The position numbers and the translations under genes are program-made. A stretch of DNA of 64,000 bases from Vicugna vicugna (lineage: Eukaryota), in the NCBI GenBank assembly GCA_013265495.1, contig MU061578.1, forward strand, positions 753,308-817,307, given 5' to 3'. Below the pieces are notes generated by a model. It was not told the origin of the DNA and did not search any database. It was given only the letters and a program-made list of their open reading frames with translations. Of the stretch, positions 61,395-64,000 are shown in pieces. Within the stretch, counting starts at the first letter, position 1; every line of letters begins with the position of its first letter.

Positions 61395-61858
61395 TGTCCC
61401 TCCACTAGTTTCCTAAAATATTACCAAAAACCTGGTGGCTTAAAGCAACAGAAATTGATTCTCTCCCAGTTGCAAGGGGCAGAAATGCACAATGAAGGTG
61501 CCCTCAGGGCCACGCTCCCGCCGCAGGCTCCGGGGGAAGCCCTTTCTTGCTCTTCCAGCTGCTTTTGGTGGCCTCTTGGCTCTGTGGAACCGCACTGCTC
61601 CAACCTCTCATCTTTGTTTGGCCTTCTTCCCTCTGGATGTTTGAGTCTCAGATCTTCCCCTGCCTTTTTCTTCTTACAAGGACATTAGACATCGGATTTT
61701 GAACTCACCCTAAATCCACAATGATCTCATCTTGGGATCCTTAACTTAATTACATCTGTAAAGACTTTTTTTTTTTTCCACAAATAAGGTCCCGTTCCCA
61801 GGTTTACAGAAGTCAGGACATGGACATATTTTTGGAAGGCCATCATTCAACCCACTAC
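61395..61858 (-). mobile_element. ERVL-MaLR MLT1 LTR
   Basis: GGTGGCTTAAAGCAACAGAAATTGATTCTCTC...CATTCAACCCACTAC is the reverse complement of MLT1 termini. Confidence 0.8.
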
Positions 61859-62699
61859 GTCCCCTGCTAAGCAAACATACCAGAAGTGCTCGTAGAATGA
61901 GTCACTGTTATCCAGGGAGTGGCTGCACTTTTCCCCATTTCAGGGGGCATGAGGATCTCAAAAGGGTTGGCCTCAACCCAGATCCAGAAGAAAGGACAAC
62001 ATCCCCACTAAAGCTGCCCCAAGGCTCTCACTTGTCACTCTGGTCACTCTCACGAGTTCCCTAAAATGAGAAGAGACTCAAGTCTTCCCTTCCAAGGCCG
62101 GGCTCCCAGCCCGCCTGCCTGCACCGGCATCTGGATGCAGTGACGCCCTTCAGCTGGGCTGAGAAGTGCTCCACCAGCCACCTGAAGGGCCAGCAGCACT
62201 CAGAGGATGAAAATTGCCCTGCAGGTTCCCCACCCACGTGGGTAAGCCTCTCAGAGAACTCCACTGAAGCTTATGTCAGAAGCACAGGGTGAAATTTCTA
62301 AAGACAAATAAGTAAAATAATGGGAAAAATCTACAAAACCTACACAGGGTATGAAATACCTCAGATGTGTCTTTCTGAAAGGCAGGGACTACCTGGTTTG
62401 CCATTACATTCCCCAAGGCGTATGTATGCCTGTCAAGGCTTAGTGGGAATTAATCATTGAAAAAAGAACTCTTGATTTATCTGTGTCTGATTTTTTAAAA
62501 AGTCATGTTGGCTCTAAAGTGGGACTCAGCTGAATTGGAAATGCACCTCATCACCGCGTTTGGAAGATCAGAAGGTGGAACGTAAAAACCAAGCAAATGA
62601 ATCCTGGCCCACCCACTCAGAGACTGGAGGCAATTGAGAAAAGAAAGGATGTTGGAGGTGCGAGCTGAATGGCCAGGGCACCATCCGTCTCAGAATCCT

Positions 62700-63137
62700 C
62701 ACCCTGCTCTAGGACACTCAGTGTGCTCCAGCTCTGACCCCTCTGCTTCCTGCTGCTCCCCCCAACTTGTTCTTAGGCCTCTTTGGTCTCCCCTTAACAC
62801 ATGCATCACGCTCCTCCTTAGTCTTTGCACCCATTTACCCTTCCCTTTGCCTGGACAGTTCTCTCCCCAGACACCCATGTGGCTTGCCCTCTCCCACCAG
62901 TCAGGCTCCTGCCCAGATATCACCCATTGGAGAAGTCTGGCCCCATCATCTAAAACGGCTGCATCAGCATCTTTTCTTTTCATGCCCCAACCTTTTTTTC
63001 ATAGCACATATAACTGCTAGCCTTTATACTGTGTGCTTCTGTTAATTTCTACAGTCTGTCTTCTCCATCAGAGTGTACAGTCCGTGAGACCAGAGACCAC
63101 AGAACTTCCATTCACTGTTTTATCCCCACCCCCAGAG
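62700..63137 (+). mobile_element. L2 fragment, interrupted by the MER20-like element
   Basis: Pyrimidine-rich L2-like body ending TTCACTGTTTTATCCCC; it resumes after the MER20-like element with CTAGAGCATGTGGTAAGTTCTCAGTAAGTATCTGTGG. Confidence 0.55.
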
Positions 63138-63345
63138 CAGTTTCTCAACAACAGAAATGTTGACATTTGTGGCTGGTTAATTCTCTGATGTGGGGACCGG
63201 CCGTGCTCTGTAAGACGTTCAGCAGCATCCCTGGCCTCCACCTGCTCTGTTACCAGTGGCCTACCCTTCAGTTGGGACAACCAAAAATATCTTCTGGGGT
63301 TCAAATGTCCCAGGGGGGACAAAATTACACCAACTCAAATCGCTG
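63138..63345 (+). mobile_element. MER20-like hAT-Charlie element
   Basis: CAGTTTCTCAAC...TTGACATTT...AGCAGCATCCCTGGCCTC...GACAACCAAAAATAT. Confidence 0.78.
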
Positions 63346-64000
63346 ACCTAGAGCATGTGGTAAGTTCTCAGTAAGTATCTGTGGCATAAATGAATAGCCC
63401 TGGTTTTTACCGTGAGCGAGCTCCATGAATGCTAACGTCATGTCCCTGGGTCTAAGTTTGCATGTGCCTAAAATGATAATTGTATTTATCTGTCCTGGTC
63501 CCTTCACCGTGGATTCCTGAAATCAAGATCCCATGAATAAACAGGGGATAGTTATCATCCTTATTATTCATGGTCTTAATAACCATTAGCTTTGATTCTT
63601 TATTTGTCAGGCCCATGGATGCTGATGACTCTGAGATGCAGCCTCCTTATCATGCAGGAAAGGTTGCAGGACCATACATGGATGTGAAGTCCATTAATCT
63701 CAAGAGGTGGGTTTCCAGGTAGCTCTTGGCAGAGGTTCCCAAATAAGCTCATTAGAACAGCAAAGCCAGCTTCTGGCCCAGTTCGAAGGCCCTGTTAGGA
63801 GGCAGGACATGTGCTGTAGAATTTTTCCTAATAAACAAACTCCCCAGATATCGGCACAGGTTATAAATGTTAAGAAAACACCACCCGCACTTTAATCTCC
63901 TGAAGATCACTTAGCGCTTCCGCTAAGACCTTAATAAAGAACCGCAGGGCTCCCTCTGCTATAATCGTTCCTAATTCAGTGAATAGCTCTGAGCAACCCA

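Overview
This is eukaryotic (mammalian) genomic DNA: a mostly intronic 64-kb piece of RBFOX1 (A2BP1/Fox-1), transcribed on the minus strand. Six GT-AG coding exons splice in frame: 57838-57695 (144 nt), 49660-49607 (54), 42341-42249 (93), 40477-40417 (61), 32226-32173 (54) and 10688-10608 (81). They encode the complete RRM and the start of the C-terminal domain; the N-terminal exons lie beyond base 64000 and the remaining C-terminal exons beyond base 1. The introns hold typical eutherian repeats (MIR, L2, MER, MLT, ERV solo LTRs), 5'-truncated L1 copies, and four tRNA-Ala-derived SINEs that suggest a camelid genome (inference). Apart from exon and L1 fragments, the ORF track is noise. I see no new gene or multi-gene system. 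The most interesting signal is a splicing-regulatory hub at about 40.2-43.1 kb. It has nine UGCAUG motifs in 2.3 kb, two overlapping the splice sites of the 93-nt RRM exon (known autoregulation). It also has several extra strong splice sites that could form poison exons or an internal first exon next to an RFX X-box. An in-frame upstream acceptor could add 18 aa to the 81-nt exon. Repeat family names and boundaries were recognised by eye and are approximate.
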